From: a bacterium
GTDB lineage: Bacteria; UBA8248; JACPRG01; G963555815
Assembly: GCA_965218795.1 (NCBI GenBank)
Contig: OZ244653.1
Coordinates: forward strand, 2,080,001-2,144,000
Reading direction: 5' to 3'
Length of the DNA stretch: 64,000 nucleotides
In this document: positions 50,048-60,061 of the stretch, piece by piece
How positions within the stretch are numbered: the first letter of the stretch is position 1
Layout of the letters: each line of letters opens with the position of its first letter
Made by a program: the position numbers and the translations under genes
Notes under the pieces: model-generated
The model's database searches: none
Told to the model about the DNA's origin: nothing
Seen by the model: the letters and a program-made list of their open reading frames with translations, nothing else

Positions 50048-51055
50048 CTACTCTTTGACCTTATCCGACGTGTACGGGACCTTGATCTTCCCGCTCTTGA
50101 TATCGGCTTCGATCGACCGGACCCGCTTCGCCACAGCCGCCGGCACCTTCTTGCTGAAGGGGGCTATCCCCGCTCCGCCGTTGGGGATATTCACCAGGTA
50201 ATGCTTCTTCACCTTCTTGCCCGCCTTCATGTCCATGACGATCTGTTTCATGGCGGTGTGCCAGATGAACAGCGAGCTGCTGATGATCGTATCCGGCGCC
50301 ATCCGGCTCACGTCCATATAGGTTCCGATGGCGTATTTCCCGCGTTCCTCGGCCGCCTTGATGCCGCCGAAGCCCATCGGGCTGGCCGTCACGCCGATCA
50401 CATCCGCGCCCTGATCGATCAGAGCCAGACCGGCTTCCTTGGACTTTGACACGTCCATCCAGTCATTGATGAAAACCGACGACACCTTGATGTTGGGGTT
50501 GATCGACCGGGCGCCATAGATATACCCGTTGTGGTCGGCAATCTGCTGGGGGATGGGAAACCCTCCGATCACGCCGATCTTTCCGGTCTTGCTCATCAAC
50601 GCGGCCAAGGCTCCGCCCAGGTAGCCCGTCTCATGCGACTGGACACAATAGTTCACGATGTTGGCAGGGCCTTTTTCCGCTTGAAAGAAGCAGGCGACTC
50701 CGAAGATGGTGTTCGGAAATTCCTTCGCGAGCTTCATCGCAGGCGCGCCCCATTCATAGCCGTGGCCTAAAACGAGATTGTAGCCTTCAACCGCCCACCT
50801 TCTCAAGGACCTTTCCAAATCGGGGATCCCCACACGCTCCTGGGTGACAACCTCGGCGATTCCGGGATCCTTCTTCAGCTTCAAGACCGCCCGGTATCCC
50901 CCTTCATACCACCCCATGTCGTTCTGTGGCCCGTCGTTGCCCAGAGCCACTCGGATTTTCGTTTCGCCCGCCGCCGGGCCGGCCATGAGACCGCCAACAA
51001 GCATCAATATCAGAAAGCCTCCCAAAATTCCCTTGCACCAATCGCGAATCTTCAC
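50048..51055 (-). CDS. BMP family ABC substrate-binding protein (nucleoside type)
   Basis: NDMGW, GHGYEW, GYLGGALAALMSKTGKIGVIGG, LIDQGADVI. Confidence 0.9.
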   Translation of the reverse strand: MKIRDWCKGILGGFLILMLVGGLMAGPAAGETKIRVALGNDGPQNDMGWYEGGYRAVLKLKKDPGIAEVVTQERVGIPDLERSLRRWAVEGYNLVLGHGYEWGAPAMKLAKEFPNTIFGVACFFQAEKGPANIVNYCVQSHETGYLGGALAALMSKTGKIGVIGGFPIPQQIADHNGYIYGARSINPNIKVSSVFINDWMDVSKSKEAGLALIDQGADVIGVTASPMGFGGIKAAEERGKYAIGTYMDVSRMAPDTIISSSLFIWHTAMKQIVMDMKAGKKVKKHYLVNIPNGGAGIAPFSKKVPAAVAKRVRSIEADIKSGKIKVPYTSDKVKE

Positions 51056-51131
51056 CTTTCCCTCCTTTTCGGGTTTACGTTAACCTTCGCCCCTCGATTC
51101 AGTGAATTTCCCGTCTCCAAGAGCCCTCCAA

Positions 51132-52067
51132 TCATCGCTCTCCCCTCACGTACGGTATACAAAGCGCCGCGGGGAGTTGGGCGCTCCGAGAGACGCTCAT
51201 CAGGGCCAGGATCGTCGCCACATAGGGCAACATCGACAGAATTTGAAACGGGAGCGCAACCCCCGCCGCCTGGAAACGGAGTTGGAGTGCGTCCATTGCG
51301 CCGAACAGCAGGGCCCCGGCAAGCGCCCGCTTCGGGTCCCACCGGCCGAACACCACGCACGCAATGGCAATCCACCCCCGGCCGGCCGTCATCTCTTCCA
51401 CAAACAGGTGGATATGCCCCAAGGTCAGGAAAGCGCCCCCGAGCGAGGCCATCATCCCGCCAATCGCCAGACACGCATACCGCAGCCCCGGAACACTGAC
51501 GCCCACGTTATCAGGGGCTTCCGGATTTTCTCCCGCCGCGCGCACCTTTAAGCCGAACTCCGTCTTATACAAGACGAAAGCGGCGATGGGGGCTAGAAGA
51601 AGCGTGCCGTAGACCAGAAGGTTCTGCTTGAAGAGAACATCCCCCAGGAAGGGAATATCGCTCAGGTAGGGAATGGGGGCGGACATAAACCCTTTGACCT
51701 TCAGCGCGAAGGGAAGGCGTCCGTAGATCAGACGGAACAGAAAGGCCGATATCCCAATCAACGCGATATTGGCCGCCAGACCGGCGACGATCTGATCCAG
51801 ACGAAGCGTGACGTAGAGGACTCCGAGCGCCAATCCCATGAGGATGCCGAGGACGGCCGCCGCTCCCAGTCCGACCCAGGCATTTCTTGTCTGGTCGGCC
51901 CCCCAGTACGCCATGAACGCGCCCAGCAGCATCAGACCCTCGACCGCCAGGTTCAATACTCCGGAACGCTCGGCAAATATCTCCCCAAGCGCAGAGAGAA
52001 AGAGCGGCGTGGCCATACGAATGGCTGCCGCCAGAAAAGTCGCAATGATAACTTCATCAAGCCACAC
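51132..52067 (-). CDS. Nucleoside/sugar ABC permease
   Basis: ERSGVLNLAVEG, RAAGENP, AGRGWIAIA, MLPY. Confidence 0.92.
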   Translation of the reverse strand: MWLDEVIIATFLAAAIRMATPLFLSALGEIFAERSGVLNLAVEGLMLLGAFMAYWGADQTRNAWVGLGAAAVLGILMGLALGVLYVTLRLDQIVAGLAANIALIGISAFLFRLIYGRLPFALKVKGFMSAPIPYLSDIPFLGDVLFKQNLLVYGTLLLAPIAAFVLYKTEFGLKVRAAGENPEAPDNVGVSVPGLRYACLAIGGMMASLGGAFLTLGHIHLFVEEMTAGRGWIAIACVVFGRWDPKRALAGALLFGAMDALQLRFQAAGVALPFQILSMLPYVATILALMSVSRSAQLPAALCIPYVRGER

Positions 52068-53112
52068 GAGCGAATCTCCTGCGAAGATAGGCGCGAAGTA
52101 CCGGGTAGTAAGTACTGATCAGGATAGAGAGCACAGAGAACCCGACCAGGATATCCGCCAGCACCGATGGAACCCCGGCGGCCCGCTGCATGTTATCCGC
52201 CCCTACAAGCAGGGCCCCTACAAAAATGGCAGCCGCTACGATACCCCCCGGGTGCAGCCGCCCCATCAGGGCGACCATGATGGCCGTGTATCCATAGCCC
52301 GGTGAGATCTTTTCGATGAGGCGATAATGCACCCCGGCCGATTCGCCCACTCCCCCCAACCCGGCGAGCGCCCCACTGAGGAAAAGCGAGATCACAACCC
52401 ACCGGCCGATGGGAATTCCTCCCAGACGCGCGGCCTCGGGGTTGTCTCCCACCGCCCGGATACGGTATCCCACAACCGTCCGGAACATCAGGTAATAAAC
52501 GAGCACGGCCGCCGCAAGACCGATGAGGATCCCTGCATGCAAACGGCTGCCGGGCAGAATGGTCGGAAGCTGGGCGGCCTCGGGGATAAAATCCGATTCC
52601 GGGTAGAACTGCTTGGGCCCCTTCATCGGGCCGTGCAGCAGATAGCTGTTCCCAAAGAAGGCAATATAGTTCATCATCAGCGTCGAGATGATCTCATTGA
52701 CCCCGAATTTCTCTTTGATGAGACCGGCTATGGCGGCCCACAACCCGCCTGCCAGGAAACCGACCACGAGCCCCAGAGGTATCAGAAACCAATGGAACAT
52801 CGGGCCCAGCCACAAAACCACGGCCGTCGCCGCTGATGCGCCGACCAGGATCTGCCCTTCCGCACCGATGTTCCACACCTGGGCGCGGAAAGCAATCGCT
52901 ACGCCTAAAGCGGCCAGCAGAAGGGGGGCGGACTTTAAAAGCGTTTCCCCTATGCTGTTCAGGCCCCCGAATGCCCCGTCAAGAAATGCAATGCCGGCCT
53001 TGATGGGCGACACGCCAATGGCCGTGACCAGCAGTCCGCCCAGAATCATAACGATTCCGATGGCGCCCAGTTGAGGGAGGATACCTGAGGCAACTTCCCG
53101 AAGACTTCTCAT
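52057..53112 (-). CDS. Nucleoside/sugar ABC permease
   Basis: WNIGAEGQ, NEIISTLMMNY, GYRIRAVG.NP.AA, GYGYTAI. Confidence 0.92.
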   Translation of the reverse strand: MRSLREVASGILPQLGAIGIVMILGGLLVTAIGVSPIKAGIAFLDGAFGGLNSIGETLLKSAPLLLAALGVAIAFRAQVWNIGAEGQILVGASAATAVVLWLGPMFHWFLIPLGLVVGFLAGGLWAAIAGLIKEKFGVNEIISTLMMNYIAFFGNSYLLHGPMKGPKQFYPESDFIPEAAQLPTILPGSRLHAGILIGLAAAVLVYYLMFRTVVGYRIRAVGDNPEAARLGGIPIGRWVVISLFLSGALAGLGGVGESAGVHYRLIEKISPGYGYTAIMVALMGRLHPGGIVAAAIFVGALLVGADNMQRAAGVPSVLADILVGFSVLSILISTYYPVLRAYLRRRFARVA

Positions 53113-54662
53113 CCCTCGGCCCCTCCGGCAGACCGCATCGACTCCGAATCCACCGTGGAGCCTCCCATGAGCATCCCGATTTCGTTGGGGTCCGCCCCTT
53201 GGCCGTTCAAAATCCCCCGTATCTCCCCTTCGTAAAGAACCGCAATCCGATCGCTGAGACGGAGAATCTCGTCCAACTCCGTGGAAATCAGCAGAATGGC
53301 GCGCCCCCGGCCCCGCTCTTCGACGAGCAGCCGGTGCACCGAATCAATGGCCGCCACGTCCAGCCCTTTCGTAGGCTGCGATGCAATGATGATCGACGCC
53401 TCCTGAGATAACTCGCGGGACAAGAGCAACCGCTGCTGATTCCCTCCCGAAAGCAGCTTGACAGGCGCATGCGGTCCCGGACACCGGACGTCGAAATCCT
53501 TGATCAGCTTCTCCGTTCGGGATTGAATCGCCTGATCGTTCAGGAAGATCCAGCGGGCGTAAGGGGGAGCCTGATGGTTCTTCAAGATGACGCTTTCAGC
53601 CAATGTCATACTGGGGAACAACCCCTGGCGCACCGTTTCCTCTGGAATGTAGGAGATCTCCGAACGCACCCCTTTGCGGATTGAGAGACCGGACACGTCC
53701 TGACCTTTCACCCGGATCCGGCCCGCCGTGATAGGCCGGGCGCCGACGATGGCCTCGGCCATCTCGATTTGCCCGTTTCCGGCCACCCCGGCAATCCCCA
53801 GAATCTCACCGGCATGCAGGCTCAGGGAGATATCCTTCAGAGCCGGAAGATTCTTATCTCCCAATGCGGATACCCCGTCCAACTCCAATAATGGCTGTCC
53901 AGGAGGAGAATCGGGCTTTTCCAACTCGAAGGAAAATTCCCGTCCCAACATCATCTCCACCAATTCTTCCTTGGAAACCTCTTTCGTCGCGACCGTTCCA
54001 ATCACCCGGCCGTCGCGCAGAACAGTGACGCGGTCGGATGAGGCCATGACTTCTTCCAACTTGTGCGTGATGAAAATGATAGTGAGCCCTTTCGCGGTCA
54101 TGGCCCTGAGGATCTCGAAAAGCTCCTCGGTCTCCTGCGGCGTAAGAACCGACGTGGGCTCGTCCAGAATCAAGATGTCTGCATTCCTGTAGAGCGCCTT
54201 CAGGATCTCCACGCGTTGCTGCTCGCCGATGGAGAGCTGCCATACGTAGGCGTCCGGGTCGGTACTCAATCCAAAGTGATCGGCAAGTTCCTGGATTTCC
54301 TCGGCGGCCTTCTCTAATCCCAGCAGGCCAAACTTGCCGGAGCGGAGACCGAGAGCGATGTTTTCAACGACCTTCAGCGGATGGACCAGGACGAATGTCT
54401 GATGAACGAATCCAATCCCGAGGGCCAAGGCGTTCCGGGGTGAACGAATGGAGACCTCTTCGCCCTTCAGGAAGATCCGGCCTTCATCGGGCCGGTAGAG
54501 CCCGTAGAGGACATTCATGAGGGTGGTTTTGCCGGCGCCGTTTTCGCCCAGAAGCGCGTGAATCTCTCCTTCGGTCACCTCGAAATCGATACTATCGTTG
54601 GCCACCACCCCTATGAATTTTTTTGTGATTCCCTCCAGCCGAAGCAATGGTGATGAATTCAT
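53109..54662 (-). CDS. Nucleoside/sugar ABC ATP-binding protein (two NBDs)
   Basis: GENGAGKTT, LSIGEQQRVEI, DEPT, LSGGNQQ, QPTKGLD. Confidence 0.94.
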   Translation of the reverse strand: MNSSPLLRLEGITKKFIGVVANDSIDFEVTEGEIHALLGENGAGKTTLMNVLYGLYRPDEGRIFLKGEEVSIRSPRNALALGIGFVHQTFVLVHPLKVVENIALGLRSGKFGLLGLEKAAEEIQELADHFGLSTDPDAYVWQLSIGEQQRVEILKALYRNADILILDEPTSVLTPQETEELFEILRAMTAKGLTIIFITHKLEEVMASSDRVTVLRDGRVIGTVATKEVSKEELVEMMLGREFSFELEKPDSPPGQPLLELDGVSALGDKNLPALKDISLSLHAGEILGIAGVAGNGQIEMAEAIVGARPITAGRIRVKGQDVSGLSIRKGVRSEISYIPEETVRQGLFPSMTLAESVILKNHQAPPYARWIFLNDQAIQSRTEKLIKDFDVRCPGPHAPVKLLSGGNQQRLLLSRELSQEASIIIASQPTKGLDVAAIDSVHRLLVEERGRGRAILLISTELDEILRLSDRIAVLYEGEIRGILNGQGADPNEIGMLMGGSTVDSESMRSAGGAEG

Positions 54663-54757
54663 CGGTTATCCCATTGAAGAATCGGGAATGCACTCACAAA
54701 AAGAGGCGCGTCCAAACCTCAAGGCCTTCGACGAAAAAGCCCTGACGGGAGACTTCT

Positions 54758-55426
54758 TCAGTCTCGGATGGCCTCTATGATCTCATCGCAACTCAGAACC
54801 AACGCGTAACCCCGGCGCAGCGTCTGGAGATCGGCCTCGTGCAGGGCCGGGTCGTCAGTTGCATTCACATCGCTGCCGAACACAATCCGGAAACCCCGAA
54901 AGAATCCGTCCCGCGCCGTCGCGCCGCAGCAATAGTTGGTCATCGTACCGCAAACGATCAGCGTGTCGCGCCCCATCCCCTTGAGCGTGTGTTCCAGATT
55001 GGTGTTGTAGAAGGCATTATAGGTTTGTTTGACAACGATGACGTCTTCAGGCTGAGGAGCCAACTCCGCGTAAATGTCGATCTCTCGAAAGAGCTCATTC
55101 ATCCCTTCTCGGGCCATACCCATCGGCACCTCGGGGATCAGGCCGGCGTCATAGCCTTTGGAATGATAAATGTTACAGGTATAGATGATAGGGATGCCGC
55201 TTGCTCTGCACGTCTCGATCAGCAGCTTGATTTTGGGAACCTGACGATGGGCATCGGGAATCCAGTGGACCGAGTATCCCGGCTCGACGAACTCGTCCTC
55301 CATATCGATGATAACGAGTACAGTCCTTTCCGGATCAATATCCCAAATGGCGCGGCCCTGGGTGTATTGGCGTTTCGCGCCTTGAAGGATTTCTTCTTCC
55401 GTATAACGCTTCCCGGTCTCTGCCAT
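54758..55426 (-). CDS. Isochorismatase-family cysteine hydrolase
   Basis: IIDMEDEF, KQTYNAFYNT, GTMTNYCCGATARD. Confidence 0.9.
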   Translation of the reverse strand: MAETGKRYTEEEILQGAKRQYTQGRAIWDIDPERTVLVIIDMEDEFVEPGYSVHWIPDAHRQVPKIKLLIETCRASGIPIIYTCNIYHSKGYDAGLIPEVPMGMAREGMNELFREIDIYAELAPQPEDVIVVKQTYNAFYNTNLEHTLKGMGRDTLIVCGTMTNYCCGATARDGFFRGFRIVFGSDVNATDDPALHEADLQTLRRGYALVLSCDEIIEAIRD

Positions 55427-55459
55427 GACATCTCCCCCCCCCGCGACGCTCCCCGGAGG

Positions 55460-56039
55460 CTAGGCTTCCCGTGCCGTGGAGGCCGTCGCCTGATACCCGG
55501 CGATGACGCTTGCCGCGTCGGTCACTTCGCCGAAATGGGTTTCGATGTCCCAGAGTGAAGAATCCTGCTCGCGTTGATCCGTCGCCTCCACACCGTCTCT
55601 GGGAACAATCACCTCATATCCCCTGAAGAACGCACGTGCACCGTCGATCGGACGCAGATATTTGTCACGCATCCGGTCACGATCAGCGTCTTCACGCCCA
55701 TCTCCCGCAAAAGGGTGTCCAGATCTGTGTCGTAGAACCTGCTATAGCGGCGCTTCCCCACGACGAGGTCGCCCGGTTCGGGCTTCAACTCATCGATCAC
55801 GTCTGCTCCCCAGGAGCCGGCGATGCAGTGGACTCCCCTCTTCTTGAATTCCACGTCATCATAGTCCGGCCGATGAGCCTCGTTGATGTAGACGACCGGG
55901 ATCCCCTGGTCACGGCAGTGAGAAAGCAGCTCCCGAAGGGTCGGATGGCCCGCCCTCGCGGAAAAGGCATCACACCCCCCTCGGAGAGGAACTCATTCAG
56001 CATGTCCACAACCAGAATCGCCACACCGGCTGTTTTCAT
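55460..56039 (-). pseudogene. Isochorismatase/nicotinamidase-like hydrolase with two frameshifts
   Basis: VVDMLNEF | frameshift near 55945 | HCIAGSWGA..KRRYSRF..TNICVRSTVH | 1-nt deletion near 55635 | AFFRGY. Confidence 0.85.
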
Positions 56040-56266
56040 GCGCTTTCCTCCGAACGATCAGGAAGGTCCGTTTCAGGCGCGTCTGCGGAACCACTCCCTG
56101 ACCGGCACAGGCTCGGAATCTCTCCCGAAAGAAAGGCACGCCAAGCCACGGGGAACAGGCCCAAAGCAGGAAACCCCATCAGTGCCCCGGGGAGACCCTC
56201 CGGGCGCAGTCTTAAATTTCGAGTGTCCAGGAACGGATAATTTTCCCGATTGCAATACTTTAATGG

Positions 56267-56295
56267 AGGCTAACAAATGGCGAAAAACGAGTCAA
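56267..56295 (-). promoter_or_regulatory. Putative sigma70 promoter for hydrolase/ABC operon
   Basis: Minus strand TTGACT-17 bp-TAGCCT. Confidence 0.45.
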
Positions 56296-56574
56296 CAAGA
56301 ATATAGCGAACCCTCGGACACCATGACTTCTCGGACCCTCCGATCCCGGATCCTTTCTCCGCTCCGTGCGTATGGCAACGATGGGCACAGCGAAAACCGG
56401 TCTTTCTCTCGGGTGAGTGAATTGGGCGGCTGGGTTTCGCCGGACTGGTGATGGGAGCTTCCGCCGTGGCGTTGCTCTCCTTAGTTGATTGACGACTTGC
56501 CCCTGCCGCGAAGAAATTCCGAGCGGGTTCGAGGAAACCCCAATGGGGTGACATCTTGTCTGAGGACGGTTGCA

Positions 56575-58887
56575 TCACCGGTTCCTCCCCGCAGGGCCGC
56601 CTTTCTCTCGAAGCCTCTGAAGAATCCTCTGGGGCGTGACCGGCAGTTCCTTCATGCGGAGACCGACCGCATTGGAGACGGCGTTCGCGATCACGACCCC
56701 GCAGGCGTTCAGGGCGCACTCGGAACAGCCCTTGGCGCCGAAAGGACCATGCGGGTCCATGGATTCCACCAGAATGGAGGTCAGGTTCGGCAGCCCCTCC
56801 GCCTTGGGCAGGTTGTAATCCGCCAGGTTGCCGTTGACAAACTGCCCCTCGTCCAGGACGGCATGCTCGAACAGGGCGTATCCCAGGCCCTGGGCGACTT
56901 CCCCGTGGATCTGGCCTTCGGCGGCGAGGGGGTTGATGGCGCGGCCCAGGTCGTCGGCCACGACGAGATCGATCAGCCGAACCTCCCCGATTTCAACGTC
57001 CACCTCCACGACGACAGCCACGCAAGCGAAGGAGGAGGCGGCCGTATTCCGGCCGTAATAGGTCTCGGGGTCGGCCACTTCGGTCGGCGGATCCCAGCCG
57101 GCCTGGACCGAGACCCGATCGCCCCCCGGATTCGACGAATCCCCCCGGACGATATCGCACAGGGTGATGCTCTTTTCGGGGGCGGCCTTGCTGGAGACGA
57201 CTCCCTCCCTGAATTCCAGGTCGTCCCGTTCGGCCTCGAGGCGCTCCGCCGCAATTTCGAGCAGGCGCTCCCGGCAGGCGACGGCCGCCTCCCGCACGGC
57301 GTTCCCCGCGATCAGCGTGAGGCGGCTTGCGTATCCCCCCAGGCAGAAGGGCGCGTTATCCGTATCCGCCCCGGCGATCTGAACATCCTGGATATCCAGA
57401 TCCAGCTCCTCGGCCGCAATTTGCGCAAACACCGTCTTGGCGCCCTGACCGAGCTCTCCCTCGCCGCAGATGACCTTGGCCAGGCCGTCTTCGCTGATCT
57501 CCACGATGGCCACGGAACCGTCCCACGTCTCATCGCTATCCATGCTCGCTTTCTGGCGGATGGACGATGAGTGGATCGCGCACGCCAGGCCTACGCCGGT
57601 CCGAACGATTCCCTGTTTCGGAGCCGCCCGCCGCTCTTCCCAGTTGATGGCGGCCGTAGCCTTCCGTATGCACTCGTCAATGGCGCAGCTGTCCATGCTC
57701 CAGCCGTGTACGCTGATGTCTCCCTGCCTGATCACGTTCCGGAGGCGGACCTCGGCCGGGTCCATCCCCAGCATTTCCGCCAGGACGTCCAGGTGGGACT
57801 CCATGGCGAACGCCATTTGGGGATTGCCGAAACCGCGGAAGGCGCCCGCCGGCAGGAGGTTGGTATAGGCCAGGTAGGCGTCCGTCTTGACGTTTTTCAT
57901 CCGGTACAGGGAATCGATCCGGACGGCCATGTGCATGAGGATCTCGGGCGCGAGGCCGGAGGAGGCTCCGTTGTTGCCGAAAATTCGGGCTTCCTTGGCC
58001 GCAATCGTTCCGTCCTTCCGGAGCCCCATCTTGAGGTAGGTCTCGGTAGGCATCCGGGGCCGCGCCGCGCCGAAATCGTCCAGCCGATCGGTGAACAATC
58101 TCACCGGCCGTCCTGTCTTGAGCGCGATGAAGGCCGTGATCACGGCCGTGCCGTCCTCTGCCAACTTTCCCCCGAATCCACCCCCGATGTGGGGCTGGAT
58201 CACCCTGATCTTAGCGGAGGGGATCTCCAAGGCGTTCGAAATCCGATCCCGCGTGAAGTAGATGGACTGGGTGGCCGCATAGATGGTCAGGCGGCCCTGG
58301 CCGTCCATCTCCGCCACGCCCCCCAGCGGCTCCATGTAGGCTTGAAACTGGTGGGGCGTGGTGTAGTCATCCTCGTGGATGACGGCCGATTCCGCGAAGC
58401 CGCGCTCGACGTCGCCCCGGCGAATCGTAACCTCCCGGGCGAGGTTGCCGTTCCCTTCGTTCACCTGGGGCGCACCGGGTTTGAGCGCCTCTTCGGGATC
58501 GAACACGGCCGGCAGAGGATCATAGTCGACCTCCAGCAGATCCAGGGCCTCCAGGGCCGCCCCCTCGCTTGTGGCCGTCACGGCCGCCACCTCCTCGCCC
58601 ACGTATCGAACCTTGTCTTGCGCGAGGACCTTCTGGTCCTTGTGGACCACGCCCCAGCGGGTACGCGGGGCGTCCTCTCCCGTGAGGACGGCGACCACTC
58701 CGGGAACCCGGACGGCCTTATCTGTTTGGATCTTCAGGATGCGGGCGTGGGCGTGGGGGCTTCGGAGGACTTTTGCGTGGAGCATCCGGGGGAGGGTGAT
58801 GTCTCCAACGTAGACTGCGCTCCCTCGAGCCTTCTCGGGAGCGTCGATCTGTGGAAAAGACCTGCCTACGACCTGCAAATCGTCCAA
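56575..58887 (-). CDS. Xanthine dehydrogenase family Mo-binding large subunit (L4, paralog of L2)
   Basis: TTG start after GGGGAGG; RSPHAHA, YMEP, GGGFGGK, AFRGFGNPQ, GAKGCSEC. Confidence 0.93.
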   Translation of the reverse strand: MDDLQVVGRSFPQIDAPEKARGSAVYVGDITLPRMLHAKVLRSPHAHARILKIQTDKAVRVPGVVAVLTGEDAPRTRWGVVHKDQKVLAQDKVRYVGEEVAAVTATSEGAALEALDLLEVDYDPLPAVFDPEEALKPGAPQVNEGNGNLAREVTIRRGDVERGFAESAVIHEDDYTTPHQFQAYMEPLGGVAEMDGQGRLTIYAATQSIYFTRDRISNALEIPSAKIRVIQPHIGGGFGGKLAEDGTAVITAFIALKTGRPVRLFTDRLDDFGAARPRMPTETYLKMGLRKDGTIAAKEARIFGNNGASSGLAPEILMHMAVRIDSLYRMKNVKTDAYLAYTNLLPAGAFRGFGNPQMAFAMESHLDVLAEMLGMDPAEVRLRNVIRQGDISVHGWSMDSCAIDECIRKATAAINWEERRAAPKQGIVRTGVGLACAIHSSSIRQKASMDSDETWDGSVAIVEISEDGLAKVICGEGELGQGAKTVFAQIAAEELDLDIQDVQIAGADTDNAPFCLGGYASRLTLIAGNAVREAAVACRERLLEIAAERLEAERDDLEFREGVVSSKAAPEKSITLCDIVRGDSSNPGGDRVSVQAGWDPPTEVADPETYYGRNTAASSFACVAVVVEVDVEIGEVRLIDLVVADDLGRAINPLAAEGQIHGEVAQGLGYALFEHAVLDEGQFVNGNLADYNLPKAEGLPNLTSILVESMDPHGPFGAKGCSECALNACGVVIANAVSNAVGLRMKELPVTPQRILQRLREKGGPAGRNR

Positions 58888-59187
58888 ATCGAAGTACCTC
58901 CCCTTGGAGTTCTCCGCCCTCAACCCCGTCGCGTTTCCAGCGACCCTCCTGAATTGCCGGGTGCCGCGATGGTGCGGTCTCAGTTCCTTTGACAGTGGCC
59001 GAATGATATCACACCGGTCCAACGGTCTCTATTGCGCATCTTTCACGCCGGATTGACACCCAATCCGGAAACAGAGCAAGCTGAGCCTGCATCATTCAGT
59101 GCAATTCAGCGAATTTTATCACCCGATGGAAGCCGGGGATTCCGGCCCGGTTTTCAGGTTCTGTGTTGACCGGCAGAGGATGTTGGC

Positions 59188-59988
59188 GTGATCAGGAGAG
59201 ATCTGCAGGGGGATTGGTTCCTCATCACCCAGCCCGAGCACGCCCGGTTTTCCGGCTTCCTGGCACACCACTGGGGCCGCGGGGATTTCACACGCTCCGG
59301 CCCCTGGGACGAAATACGCCTGGCCGCGGCCGAACACGACAACGGCTGGCGCGAGTGGGACGACCAGCCGAGCCTCAACCCCGCCGGAAAGCCGGCGTTG
59401 ATGTACGAAAACGAAATCGCCGATGTTTTCGAGATTCTCGAACGCGGCCTCAACCGGCTCATGAGCGGGGGGCATTTGTACCCGGCCGCCCTGGTCAGCC
59501 TCCATTACGCCAACTGGGCGACCGACGTCCTGACGGGCGTGCGAAGCGGGCAGTGGCCCGTGACGCCCGAACTGAGGGCGAAGATCGAGACCTTCAAGGC
59601 CGACGAGGAGGAAAGGCGCGCTGATATCTGCGGGGAGCTCCGGGAACGGAAGCGATTTCAGGAGGCCGTTACGCCGGATGGGATCCACAGAAACGGCCGG
59701 TTCGTCTGGACCTTCGACATGTTGTCCCTGATTCTTTGCTGCCGCTGGACCAACGTGACAAGCCTGAAGGAGGTCCCTTCCGGAGAGGGCTTTTGCGAGC
59801 TGCGGGTCGAGCGGGTCGAGGAACTGATCCTCCGAGTGGCTCCCTGGCCTTTTGACGCCGATTCACTGGAGTTCGCCGTGCGGGGCCGCCGCTTCCCCGC
59901 CAAACCTTTCCGCGATGCATCGGAATTCCGGGACGCATACGGGCACGCCGACGATTCGGAGATTCTTTTCCGGATCGTTCCGGGCTGA
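59188..59988 (+). CDS. DUF3891 family protein
   Basis: MIRR..LITQPEHA..G.LA.HWG..EHDNGW..WD..P, LVSLH, D.LSL..C, V.PWPF. Confidence 0.75.
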   Translation: MIRRDLQGDWFLITQPEHARFSGFLAHHWGRGDFTRSGPWDEIRLAAAEHDNGWREWDDQPSLNPAGKPALMYENEIADVFEILERGLNRLMSGGHLYPAALVSLHYANWATDVLTGVRSGQWPVTPELRAKIETFKADEEERRADICGELRERKRFQEAVTPDGIHRNGRFVWTFDMLSLILCCRWTNVTSLKEVPSGEGFCELRVERVEELILRVAPWPFDADSLEFAVRGRRFPAKPFRDASEFRDAYGHADDSEILFRIVPG

Positions 59989-60061
59989 ATCCAAGTGTCT
60001 ATGCGTGTGTCTGTGGCAACGCCATGGGCATGGGGAAAACCAGCTCTCCCCTCGCGCGGGC

